This document shows positions 9,353-15,094 of a stretch of DNA of 64,000 bases, one piece after another (the first letter of the stretch is position 1; each line of letters begins with the position of its first letter). Location: IMG/VR virus record IMGVR_UViG_3300035703_000022, positions 74,530 to 138,529 of that record. One strand, 5' to 3'. Below the pieces are notes generated by a model, which saw nothing but the letters and a program-made list of their open reading frames with translations, was not told the DNA's origin and searched no databases. The stretch is from a virus. The position numbers and the translations under genes are program-made.

Positions 9353-9522
9353 GAGGCTTCGTTATTTAACTCTGTGTATATGCGTATAAGTTCGTCATCT
9401 GCAGGGATCATAACTGCCGTTTGTCCTTTTTCGTTAATTATACCTATACTCTCTCCATTTTCAACTCTATCAATCATTTCTTCCCAGCGTTTTTGGAACT
9501 CTTGCACTGTGTAGATTTTCAT
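9349..9522 (-). CDS. Phd/YefM-like antitoxin-fold small protein
   Basis: MKIYTVQEFQKRWEEMIDRVENGESIGIINEKGQTAVMIP resembles the Phd N-terminal pattern; late promoter TATAAATA at 9531-9538. Confidence 0.6.
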   Translation of the reverse strand: MKIYTVQEFQKRWEEMIDRVENGESIGIINEKGQTAVMIPADDELIRIYTELNNEAS

Positions 9523-9540
9523 AGTTTTTATATTTATAAA

Positions 9541-9614
9541 TCGGGCATGAGGGATTTGAACCCCCGACATCCTGCTCCCAAAGCAGGCGCGCTACCAAAC
9601 TGCGCTAATGCCCG
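9541..9614 (-). tRNA. tRNA-Pro(TGG)
   Basis: Cloverleaf; anticodon arm CCTGC-TTTGGGA-GCAGG. Confidence 0.92.
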
Positions 9615-9634
9615 ATTACTAGTATATAGTAACA

Positions 9635-9793
9635 CTAATGATCCTTTTTGTCAAATGGCTGCCAATGTTGCCAGTTATACTTGTGAATTGCCCAGATACC
9701 CATGATAGGCAAAACAACTAAGAGATATCCAATAATACCTAATGTATAAGGATTTTCAAGTACCCATCGTGCAAAATGTGTCATCAGTTTCAT
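9635..9793 (-). CDS. small single-TM protein (52 aa)
   Basis: Manual translation MKLMTHFARWVLENPYTLGIIGYLLVVLPIMGIWAIHKYNWQHWQPFDKKDH; ATGA overlap with the previous ORF. Confidence 0.6.
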   Translation of the reverse strand: MKLMTHFARWVLENPYTLGIIGYLLVVLPIMGIWAIHKYNWQHWQPFDKKDH

Positions 9794-9876
9794 TGTGGAT
9801 ATGCGTTATGAAGACCCCAGTAAATAAAGGTCGCAATAGAACTAAAAAGTAAAAGTGAAGATATAAGTGTGTGCAT
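9790..9876 (-). CDS. micro single-TM protein (28 aa)
   Basis: MHTLISSLLLFSSIATFIYWGLHNAYPQ; coupled by TAATG and ATGA overlaps. Confidence 0.5.
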   Translation of the reverse strand: MHTLISSLLLFSSIATFIYWGLHNAYPQ

Positions 9877-9998
9877 TACATTCCTCCGTTTCTAAATCCG
9901 ACTATGTAACCGATAATGAGCCCACACATAAAGGAAACAAACATATACAAAATGTGAGAAACAAATTCAATAAAAATTAACCAATCAGTCGTCGTCAT
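9876..9998 (-). CDS. micro single-TM protein (40 aa)
   Basis: MTTTDWLIFIEFVSHILYMFVSFMCGLIIGYIVGFRNGGM; overlaps both neighbours. Confidence 0.5.
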   Translation of the reverse strand: MTTTDWLIFIEFVSHILYMFVSFMCGLIIGYIVGFRNGGM

Positions 9999-10092
9999 CG
10001 TCTTCATAAGTAGATGGTTCTTCAAAGAGTTCTTCCATTTTTTGATGCAAAACTCTTTCTTGCAGTTCTTTTAAATCGTCCTCTGTGATCAT
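9985..10092 (-). CDS. micro acidic protein (35 aa)
   Basis: MITEDDLKELQERVLHQKMEELFEEPSTYEDDDDD; ATGA overlap. Confidence 0.5.
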   Translation of the reverse strand: MITEDDLKELQERVLHQKMEELFEEPSTYEDDDDD

Positions 10093-10268
10093 TTGTCCTT
10101 TAAAAGTTCTTCGATTCTTTTACGCATATTTGTACTATCTTGTTTCATATAGTCACGAATAGAATAACCACGTTGATTTCTCAGAATGCATGTTCCTTGA
10201 TAAAACATTGTGGCAGCAAATACTAACAACAACACAATACCAATTATTTCAGGGTAATGTTGAGCCAT
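10089..10268 (-). CDS. small single-TM protein (59 aa)
   Basis: MAQHYPEIIGIVLLLVFAATMFYQG...KRIEELLKDK. Confidence 0.55.
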   Translation of the reverse strand: MAQHYPEIIGIVLLLVFAATMFYQGTCILRNQRGYSIRDYMKQDSTNMRKRIEELLKDK

Positions 10269-10447
10269 GGTAGTACAGGTGGAATAACGCCTATAAGTCT
10301 CAACAATCCTTCAGCAAATAAAGCAAGGACAACCCAACCAACGCACATACTAATAATGGAAGCATTCCGATTGTGCCTTCGTATAGCAGCATCAATCATC
10401 TCCTGAACTTCAGAACGTGTAATAAATTCTTCCTGTTCGTGCATCAT
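10244..10447 (-). CDS. small membrane protein
   Basis: 67-aa ORF with a C-terminal hydrophobic segment; ATGA coupling. Confidence 0.65.
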   Translation of the reverse strand: MMHEQEEFITRSEVQEMIDAAIRRHNRNASIISMCVGWVVLALFAEGLLRLIGVIPPVLPWLNITLK

Positions 10448-10593
10448 TTCTCATCTCCAAGAAATTTTGCTAAAGGATCTCTCCTTGTTTTTACAATTTC
10501 AACTGCTCTTTTATAGAACATATTATCAGTGTTACCAGAGGTTTCAAAAGTTGCCTTGATCTTCACCCAATTATCATAGGTACGATCGTCCAT
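10444..10593 (-). CDS. hypothetical cyanophage protein (49 aa)
   Basis: Manual translation MDDRTYDNWVKIKATFETSGNTDNMFYKRAVEIVKTRRDPLAKFLGDEK; first ORF of the coupled string. Confidence 0.6.
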   Translation of the reverse strand: MDDRTYDNWVKIKATFETSGNTDNMFYKRAVEIVKTRRDPLAKFLGDEK

Positions 10594-10707
10594 ACTGCCA
10601 TTGAATTGTACATAATTATATACTAATCACGGAAGCTCTAAAGGCAACCTTATGTGTTCAACTCGTAACACTCATTAAGTAATAATTAAATTTGTAGTAA
10701 TTTTAAA

Positions 10708-10792
10708 CGGAAAGGAGAGGATTCGAACCTCCGGATGCTTTCACATCGACTGTTTTCAAGACAGTTGCCTTAAACCACTCGGCCACCTTTCC
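10708..10792 (-). tRNA. tRNA-Ser(TGA)
   Basis: Cloverleaf with long variable arm; loop CTTGAAA. Confidence 0.92.
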
Positions 10793-10795
10793 ATA

Positions 10796-10884
10796 CGGAG
10801 AATGTTGGATTCGAACCAACGGAGAAGTGTAAACTCCTCAAGAACTTAGCAGGTTCCCGCCTTAAACCACTCGGCCAATTCTCC
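10796..10884 (-). tRNA. tRNA-Ser(GCT)
   Basis: Cloverleaf with long variable arm; loop CTGCTAA. Confidence 0.92.
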
Positions 10885-11135
10885 TATCGGATTTCAAAAT
10901 CCAGTTTACGAACTTTACGGGCTCGTCTGGACTCTTGGAAAGCAAGTTCAGATGGACTGAATAGACTATCTTTCTTATTTTCCTTTATTGAGTTTAACAT
11001 AACAACTTGATTTAGGTCAACAGCAGTGATAGTGTCTCCCTTTACAAGTGTCATATTATCACATCCACAACATACTGATTTTGTTGGATGCGACTCCAAC
11101 TCGGTGTTACACACCTTACATCTTACTTTTAACAT
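10884..11135 (-). CDS. zinc-ribbon-like hypothetical protein
   Basis: CKVC...CCGC cysteine pattern. Confidence 0.65.
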   Translation of the reverse strand: MLKVRCKVCNTELESHPTKSVCCGCDNMTLVKGDTITAVDLNQVVMLNSIKENKKDSLFSPSELAFQESRRARKVRKLDFEIR

Positions 11136-11151
11136 TGTTCAATACCGTAAA

Positions 11152-11673
11152 TTAATCTTCAGTTGTTTCTTCTATTTGAATTTCAGGTTCTTCTTGTTCT
11201 AGAGTTTCTTCAACTTCTTCTTTTGCGAGTCCTGGAGAGGATTCAAGATAAGATCTTAACATCCAAACAAATTTTCCGTGAGACTCATTTAGATCATCTG
11301 CAAGATTTGAAGTTGCTCTGGACTTCTGAGCATCTGCTTCCTCAGCAACTTCAGTAAATAAATTACACAGATCTTGATTTGATTTTAACAGATCTCTAGC
11401 CATTTTATGACAATCTGTTGTACTTTGTCCAGTTTTTACTTTGGAAACTTCTACAATTCTCTCTAAACTATTAAGTGGTTTTACATTTAAAAATCTCATG
11501 TGTTCGGAGATACGATCAATCTCTTCAAACATGGTTTCATACTGATCACCAAAGAGAGTATGAAGTTGTGGAAAATCTTCCCCTACTACATTCCAATGAT
11601 AAGCCCAAGTCTTATGAAATAAGACAAAGAGAGACGCTTGTGCATCACTTAGTAGTTTAAAAAGTTTTTCCAT
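11152..11673 (-). CDS. dps: Dps family ferritin-like DNA-protection protein
   Basis: HWNVVGEDFPQLHTLF...DRISEH ferroxidase motif and a K..WML motif; acidic C-terminal extension. Confidence 0.88.
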   Translation of the reverse strand: MEKLFKLLSDAQASLFVLFHKTWAYHWNVVGEDFPQLHTLFGDQYETMFEEIDRISEHMRFLNVKPLNSLERIVEVSKVKTGQSTTDCHKMARDLLKSNQDLCNLFTEVAEEADAQKSRATSNLADDLNESHGKFVWMLRSYLESSPGLAKEEVEETLEQEEPEIQIEETTED

Positions 11674-11704
11674 TATACCAAAATACTTTAGAAGTATTTA
11701 TTAA

Positions 11705-11776
11705 TGGGAAATATCGGATTCGAACCAATGACTTACTGCTTGTAAGGCAGTCACTCTACCGCTGAGTTAATCTCCC
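11705..11776 (-). tRNA. tRNA-Val(TAC)
   Basis: Cloverleaf; ACTGC-CTTACAA-GCAGT. Confidence 0.92.
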
Positions 11777-11779
11777 GAG

Positions 11780-11850
11780 AGCGGGTAACCGGATTTGAAC
11801 CGGTGAGAACAACTTGGAAGGATGTCATGTTACCGCTACATCATACCCGC
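11780..11850 (-). tRNA. tRNA-Gly(TCC)
   Basis: Cloverleaf; acceptor GCGGGTA/TACCCGC; loop CTTCCAA. Confidence 0.9.
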
Positions 11851-11890
11851 TTATATACCAATCATAAACTATTTAAGTTTGATTGGCAAG

Positions 11891-11973
11891 TGCTCCAGAG
11901 AAGATTTGAACTTCCACGCTTTTTAAGGCGGCGGATTCTAAGTCCGCTGTGTCTACCGTTCCACCACTGAAGC
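11891..11973 (-). tRNA. tRNA-Leu(TAG)
   Basis: Cloverleaf with variable arm; GCGGA-CTTAGAA-TCCGC. Confidence 0.92.
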
Positions 11974-11977
11974 TAAT

Positions 11978-12125
11978 GAGTAGTGAGTGCCCACCACTCG
12001 CGGAAGACACTCTCCGCAACTAACGGGGGTGATCAAATCCCCGACCTAAGAAAACTTAGGATTTAGTGAGTCGGATATGATGATCCCGACTCGTATGAAA
12101 GACCCGAACATTTCCAGACCTTTCA
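11978..12125 (-). ncRNA. multi-hairpin structured RNA between tRNA-Asn and tRNA-Leu (possibly manA-like motif)
   Basis: Six hairpins and two possible loop-loop pairings in about 150 nt (see findings). Confidence 0.7.
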
Positions 12126-12126
12126 A

Positions 12127-12199
12127 CTCCCCCACCTGGACTCGAACCAGGAACCCCAGAGTTAACAGCTCCGTGCTCTGCCAATTGAGCTATAAGGGA
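12127..12199 (-). tRNA. tRNA-Asn(GTT)
   Basis: Cloverleaf; CGGAG-CTGTTAA-CTCTG. Confidence 0.9.
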
Positions 12200-12202
12200 A
12201 TG

Positions 12203-12277
12203 TGGTGGCGGGGGGAGGAATTGAACCTCCTTCCTGAAGCTTATGAGACTTCTGTGCAACCGTTACACTTCCCCACG
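12203..12277 (-). tRNA. tRNA-Met(CAT), initiator-like 1:72 mismatch, CCA encoded
   Basis: GAAGT-CTCATAA-GCTTC; acceptor CGTGGGG/CCCCGCC followed by ACCA. Confidence 0.85.
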
Positions 12278-12280
12278 ATG

Positions 12281-12334
12281 ATGGATTAAGTGTGATACAC
12301 CTCATAAGGATGTAACAGGGACTTAACCTCTATC
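12281..12334 (-). ncRNA. leader hairpin with AUG-containing loop
   Basis: GGTTAAGT/ACTTAATC, TG/CA and TACATC/GGTGTA stems with loop CTTATGA, between a promoter and tRNA-Met. Confidence 0.6.
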
Positions 12335-12341
12335 AATGTAT

Positions 12342-12370
12342 ATAGTAACAAACTTTTGTAAGTTTGTCAA
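12342..12370 (-). promoter_or_regulatory. sigma70-like promoter inside the tRNA array
   Basis: Minus strand TTGACA-N17-TACTAT. Confidence 0.75.
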
Positions 12371-12371
12371 G

Positions 12372-12445
12372 CGTCCTCTGCAAGATTCGAACTTGCGACT
12401 TCTTGGTTCGTAGCCAAGCACTCTGGTCCACTGAGTTAAGAGGAC
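12372..12445 (-). tRNA. tRNA-Arg(ACG)
   Basis: Cloverleaf; CTTGG-CTACGAA-CCAAG. Confidence 0.92.
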
Positions 12446-12449
12446 AAGG

Positions 12450-12520
12450 CGAAGGATGAGGGACTTGAACCCCCACTAACGGTTTTGGAGACCGTCGTGC
12501 TACCATTACACCAATCCAAC
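12450..12520 (-). tRNA. tRNA-Trp(CCA) with two acceptor-stem mismatches
   Basis: ACGGT-CTCCAAA-ACCGT; acceptor GTTGGAT/ATCCTTC. Confidence 0.8.
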
Positions 12521-12524
12521 AAGG

Positions 12525-12597
12525 TGTCCGTGAGAGGATTCGAACCTCTAACACCTACCCCCTCAAGATAGTGCCTCTTCCATTGGGCTACACGGAC
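12525..12597 (-). tRNA. tRNA-Leu(GAG) with short variable loop
   Basis: CTATC-TTGAGGG-GGTAG; 5-nt variable loop. Confidence 0.8.
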
Positions 12598-12671
12598 TGG
12601 CTGAGAAACTAGGACTCGAACCTAGATAAACTCCTTCAAAGGGAGGTGTCCTACCATTAGACGATTTCTCA
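12598..12671 (-). tRNA. tRNA-Gln(TTG), CCA encoded
   Basis: Cloverleaf; loop CTTTGAA; U1-A72. Confidence 0.9.
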
Positions 12672-12676
12672 ATAGG

Positions 12677-12752
12677 AGTTCAGGGTGGGATTCGAACCCA
12701 CGGTGATAGAAGTTTTGCAGACTTCTGCATTCGACCACTCTGCCACCTGAAC
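12677..12752 (-). tRNA. tRNA-Cys(GCA)
   Basis: GAAGT-CTGCAAA-ACTTC; U73. Confidence 0.92.
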
Positions 12753-12756
12753 TAAG

Positions 12757-12828
12757 AGCCCTCAGTCGGATTTGAACCAACGACCTACTCATTACTAGTG
12801 AGTTGCTCTACCTCTGAGCTATAAGGGC
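12757..12828 (-). tRNA. tRNA-Thr(AGT)
   Basis: ACTCA-CTAGTAA-TGAGT. Confidence 0.9.
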
Positions 12829-12830
12829 GG

Positions 12831-12901
12831 GGTGTCGTGAGGGAATCGAACCCTCATATAGAGAACCACAATCTCCTGTCTTACCATTAGACTAACGACA
12901 C
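12831..12901 (-). tRNA. tRNA-His(GTG)
   Basis: GGAGA-TTGTGGT-TCTCT; C73. Confidence 0.9.
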
Positions 12902-12902
12902 A

Positions 12903-12974
12903 AGGCAGTGGGTAGAATTGAACTACCGACATAGAGGGTATGAATCTCTTGTTCTACCACTGAACTACACTGCC
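12903..12974 (-). tRNA. tRNA-Met(CAT), elongator-type
   Basis: Acceptor GGCAGTG/CACTGCC; loop TTCATAC. Confidence 0.85.
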
Positions 12975-12978
12975 AAAG

Positions 12979-13050
12979 TGGAACCGACAAGATTTGAACT
13001 TGTGACCGCTCGGTTATCAGCCGAGTGCTCTACCGCTGAGCTACGATTCC
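12979..13050 (-). tRNA. tRNA-Ile(GAT)
   Basis: CTCGG-CTGATAA-CCGAG. Confidence 0.92.
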
Positions 13051-13054
13051 AGAG

Positions 13055-13128
13055 AGGGAACAATCGGATTTGAACCGATAACACCATGATCTTCAATCAT
13101 GTGCTCTACCAATTGGAGCTATGTTCCC
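13055..13128 (-). tRNA. tRNA-Phe(GAA)
   Basis: CATGA-TTGAAGA-TCATG. Confidence 0.9.
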
Positions 13129-13131
13129 AAG

Positions 13132-13205
13132 TCCAGATGAAAGGATTTGAACCTCCGACAACTCCGCCCCAAACGGAGGGCTCTACCAAACTGAGCTACA
13201 TCTGG
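13132..13205 (-). tRNA. tRNA-Pro(TGG), second copy
   Basis: CTCCG-TTTGGGG-CGGAG; C1-G72, A73. Confidence 0.9.
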
Positions 13206-13206
13206 T

Positions 13207-13281
13207 TGGTATTCCTAACGGGATTCGAACCCGTGCTGCCACCTTGAAAGGGTGGTGACCTAACCGCTAGTCGATAGGAAC
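13207..13281 (-). tRNA. tRNA-Glu(TTC), CCA encoded
   Basis: CCACC-CTTTCAA-GGTGG. Confidence 0.92.
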
Positions 13282-13478
13282 TTGATGGGAGGGGTATCCC
13301 ACACGAAGTCACTTATGGATTACGCTTCGTAGCCTTATGAATCCTGCCATCATCCGATGGTGGTTAGAAATCCCTCCCCAATTCCAGTTCTTGCTACGTC
13401 ATTCCTTACCTAACTGGCAACATTCAGGATGACGTGCTACAACCGCCAAGGAGGGACACTCCATCAGCAGCGTAGCAA
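13282..13478 (-). ncRNA. unknown two-domain structured RNA between tRNA-Asp and tRNA-Glu
   Basis: Long-range stems TTGCTACG/CGTAGCAA and GGGAGGG/CCCTCCC, internal hairpins and a possible pseudoknot. Confidence 0.65.
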
Positions 13479-13552
13479 CGACCCATACGGGATTCGAACC
13501 CGTGATCTCCACCGTGACAGGGTGGCGTGATAATCCTCTACACTAATGGGTC
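13479..13552 (-). tRNA. tRNA-Asp(GTC)
   Basis: CCACC-CTGTCAC-GGTGG. Confidence 0.92.
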
Positions 13553-13556
13553 AAGG

Positions 13557-13638
13557 TGGGAGGAACAGGATTTGAACCTGTGAAGGCAGAGCCGTCTGAT
13601 TTACAGTCAGATTCCTTTAACCACTCGGAAATCCTCCC
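13557..13638 (-). tRNA. tRNA-Tyr(GTA)
   Basis: TCTGA-CTGTAAA-TCAGA; variable arm present. Confidence 0.92.
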
Positions 13639-13642
13639 ACGA

Positions 13643-13714
13643 TGGGACATCTCGGATTCGAACCGAGGACTAACCGGTTAAAAGCCGGATACTCTACCGC
13701 TGAGTTAATGTCCC
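13643..13714 (-). tRNA. tRNA-Lys(TTT)
   Basis: CCGG-CTTTTAA-CCGG. Confidence 0.92.
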
Positions 13715-13830
13715 AAAGAATTAAATTTTCAAGGTTCGGAGTGTGGTCTCTCTCGACCACTTGGCTAGAATACCACCGTTTGATCTCTGGAGGGAGGTTG
13801 GTGGACACTTAGAAAACTGTCACAGACAAC

Positions 13831-13867
13831 AAAAAAGGGGAGGAAACTTTTTGGTTTCTCTCCCCTT
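13831..13867 (-). terminator. intrinsic terminator
   Basis: Minus strand AAGGGGAGAGAAAC...GTTTCCTCCCCTTTTTT. Confidence 0.7.
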
Positions 13868-13892
13868 CTTTTGCTTTTATGAATTAAACATC

Positions 13893-13991
13893 TTACATAT
13901 GTCTATCCATATCCGCAAACAGGGGAGTACCCTCAATATGCCAATAGCGGCAATCGAGAATAGTAAACTGTTTGGGCATTGGATAAGACAT
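13893..13991 (-). CDS. 32-aa peptide in its own late transcription unit (or an sRNA)
   Basis: MSYPMPKQFTILDCRYWHIEGTPLFADMDRHM; TATAAATA promoter upstream, terminator downstream. Confidence 0.45.
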   Translation of the reverse strand: MSYPMPKQFTILDCRYWHIEGTPLFADMDRHM

Positions 13992-14012
13992 TGTTTTCGA
14001 CCTAAGTGTTTT

Positions 14013-14020
14013 TATTTATA
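14013..14020 (-). promoter_or_regulatory. T4-type late promoter
   Basis: TATAAATA on the minus strand. Confidence 0.65.
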
Positions 14021-14043
14021 AGACTTTTTTGTTTAAAAGTCAA

Positions 14044-14116
14044 CAGGCACGGCTGGACTCGAACCAGCAATCGGCAGCTTAGAAGGCTGATGCATTATCC
14101 ATTATGCTACGTGCCC
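14044..14116 (-). tRNA. tRNA-Arg(TCT)
   Basis: CAGC-CTTCTAA-GCTG; own TTGACA-N17-TATGAT promoter at 14125-14153. Confidence 0.9.
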
Positions 14117-14153
14117 ACAAGACAATCATACCATTAAAAGGTCGGATTGTCAA

Positions 14154-14240
14154 CGGAGAAAGAGGGATTCGAACCCTCGGTGAAGTTACCCCCACACAGA
14201 CTTTCCAGGTCTGCTCCTTAAACCACTCGGACACCTCTCC
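14154..14240 (-). tRNA. tRNA-Ser(GGA)
   Basis: CAGAC-CTGGAAA-GTCTG; long variable arm; TTGACA-N17-TATAGT upstream. Confidence 0.92.
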
Positions 14241-14300
14241 ATATTTAGACTATAGAATGGGGGAGGAATATTGTCAACCCCTCCCTCCTATTCTATTGTA

Positions 14301-14966
14301 TCAAACTTCTACCGTGATCAGTCGGTTAGCATATTCATGAGCATATGATGTACGGGCACCATGAATGCCCCAACCAATCCAACTATACGCATAGTTCATG
14401 TAACGGTCGATAGACTTACCAGGAGTTTTCATCCTATCTTCGATACGTTTCCATTGAACTTCAGTTGTTAGATAACGAAGTTGCGTTGGAAGTGTTGATG
14501 GAGAACCACCAAACTTCTTAGCAAATTCACCCAATCCATAATAACGATCGGCAGATGTCCATTGGATCAGACCATAACCACGTCCGCAGTGATGGTACTG
14601 AGTCCTACTACCACCTTCACAAATATTAGGCACGAACATAGATTCCTGCTTAATATTGCCCAGGATAGTAGCAAGGGCGTTTCTGTCTTTAATACCACGA
14701 TCCTGGAAATAATCCAAGGTAGCATTCTCATATTCATTACACCCTTTACAAATAAGCCTTTTCTCTTTTGGCTTTGGTAGTGCAACCTCGCGGATTGCTG
14801 TCTTCTGATCATTAACAAGATCAAATTCCTTAATAACGGAAAAGGGCGCTTGTCCTGAAACAGGAGGTGGCGGCCCTTGCATCTTGTAATTCTGGAATGG
14901 CAGTGATGCCGTATTGGTTGTAACCATCGCTACAAGAGGAACGGCTACAGTAAAGAAGTTTAGCAT
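14301..14966 (-). CDS. phage tail-lysozyme-like (Phage_lysozyme2) protein with N-terminal signal
   Basis: ILGNIKQES...GYGLIQWT...QLRY motifs; likely start MLNFFTVAVP. Confidence 0.75.
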   Translation of the reverse strand: MLNFFTVAVPLVAMVTTNTASLPFQNYKMQGPPPPVSGQAPFSVIKEFDLVNDQKTAIREVALPKPKEKRLICKGCNEYENATLDYFQDRGIKDRNALATILGNIKQESMFVPNICEGGSRTQYHHCGRGYGLIQWTSADRYYGLGEFAKKFGGSPSTLPTQLRYLTTEVQWKRIEDRMKTPGKSIDRYMNYAYSWIGWGIHGARTSYAHEYANRLITVEV

Positions 14967-15094
14967 TAAATTTAATTGAACTCTACATCCGTATAGAAAG
15001 GGGGTACACCCTTTTCTCAAAGGGCACTTTCCACGGCTCTAAATGTCACCTCAAAATCTCATTATAAGAAAACCCACATAAGTGGGCTTTTTTC

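Noticed and set aside
12525-12597. Reading this tRNA as Ser(TGA), Sec or a suppressor because TTGA lies in the loop
   Set aside because: The 5-bp stem CTATC/GGTAG centres the 7-nt loop on GAG, and there is no Sec-type long acceptor stem or variable arm.
13282-13478. Hammerhead ribozyme or tmRNA
   Set aside because: CTGATGG is not the CUGANGA core and lacks a matching GAAA; there is no tRNA-Ala-like acceptor/T-arm or tag ORF.
12056-14340. ORF-track entries 12056-12259, 12077-12289, 12333-12554, 13617-13808, 13743-14021 and 14104-14340
   Set aside because: They overlap tRNA or ncRNA genes and show no protein-like features; chance frames.
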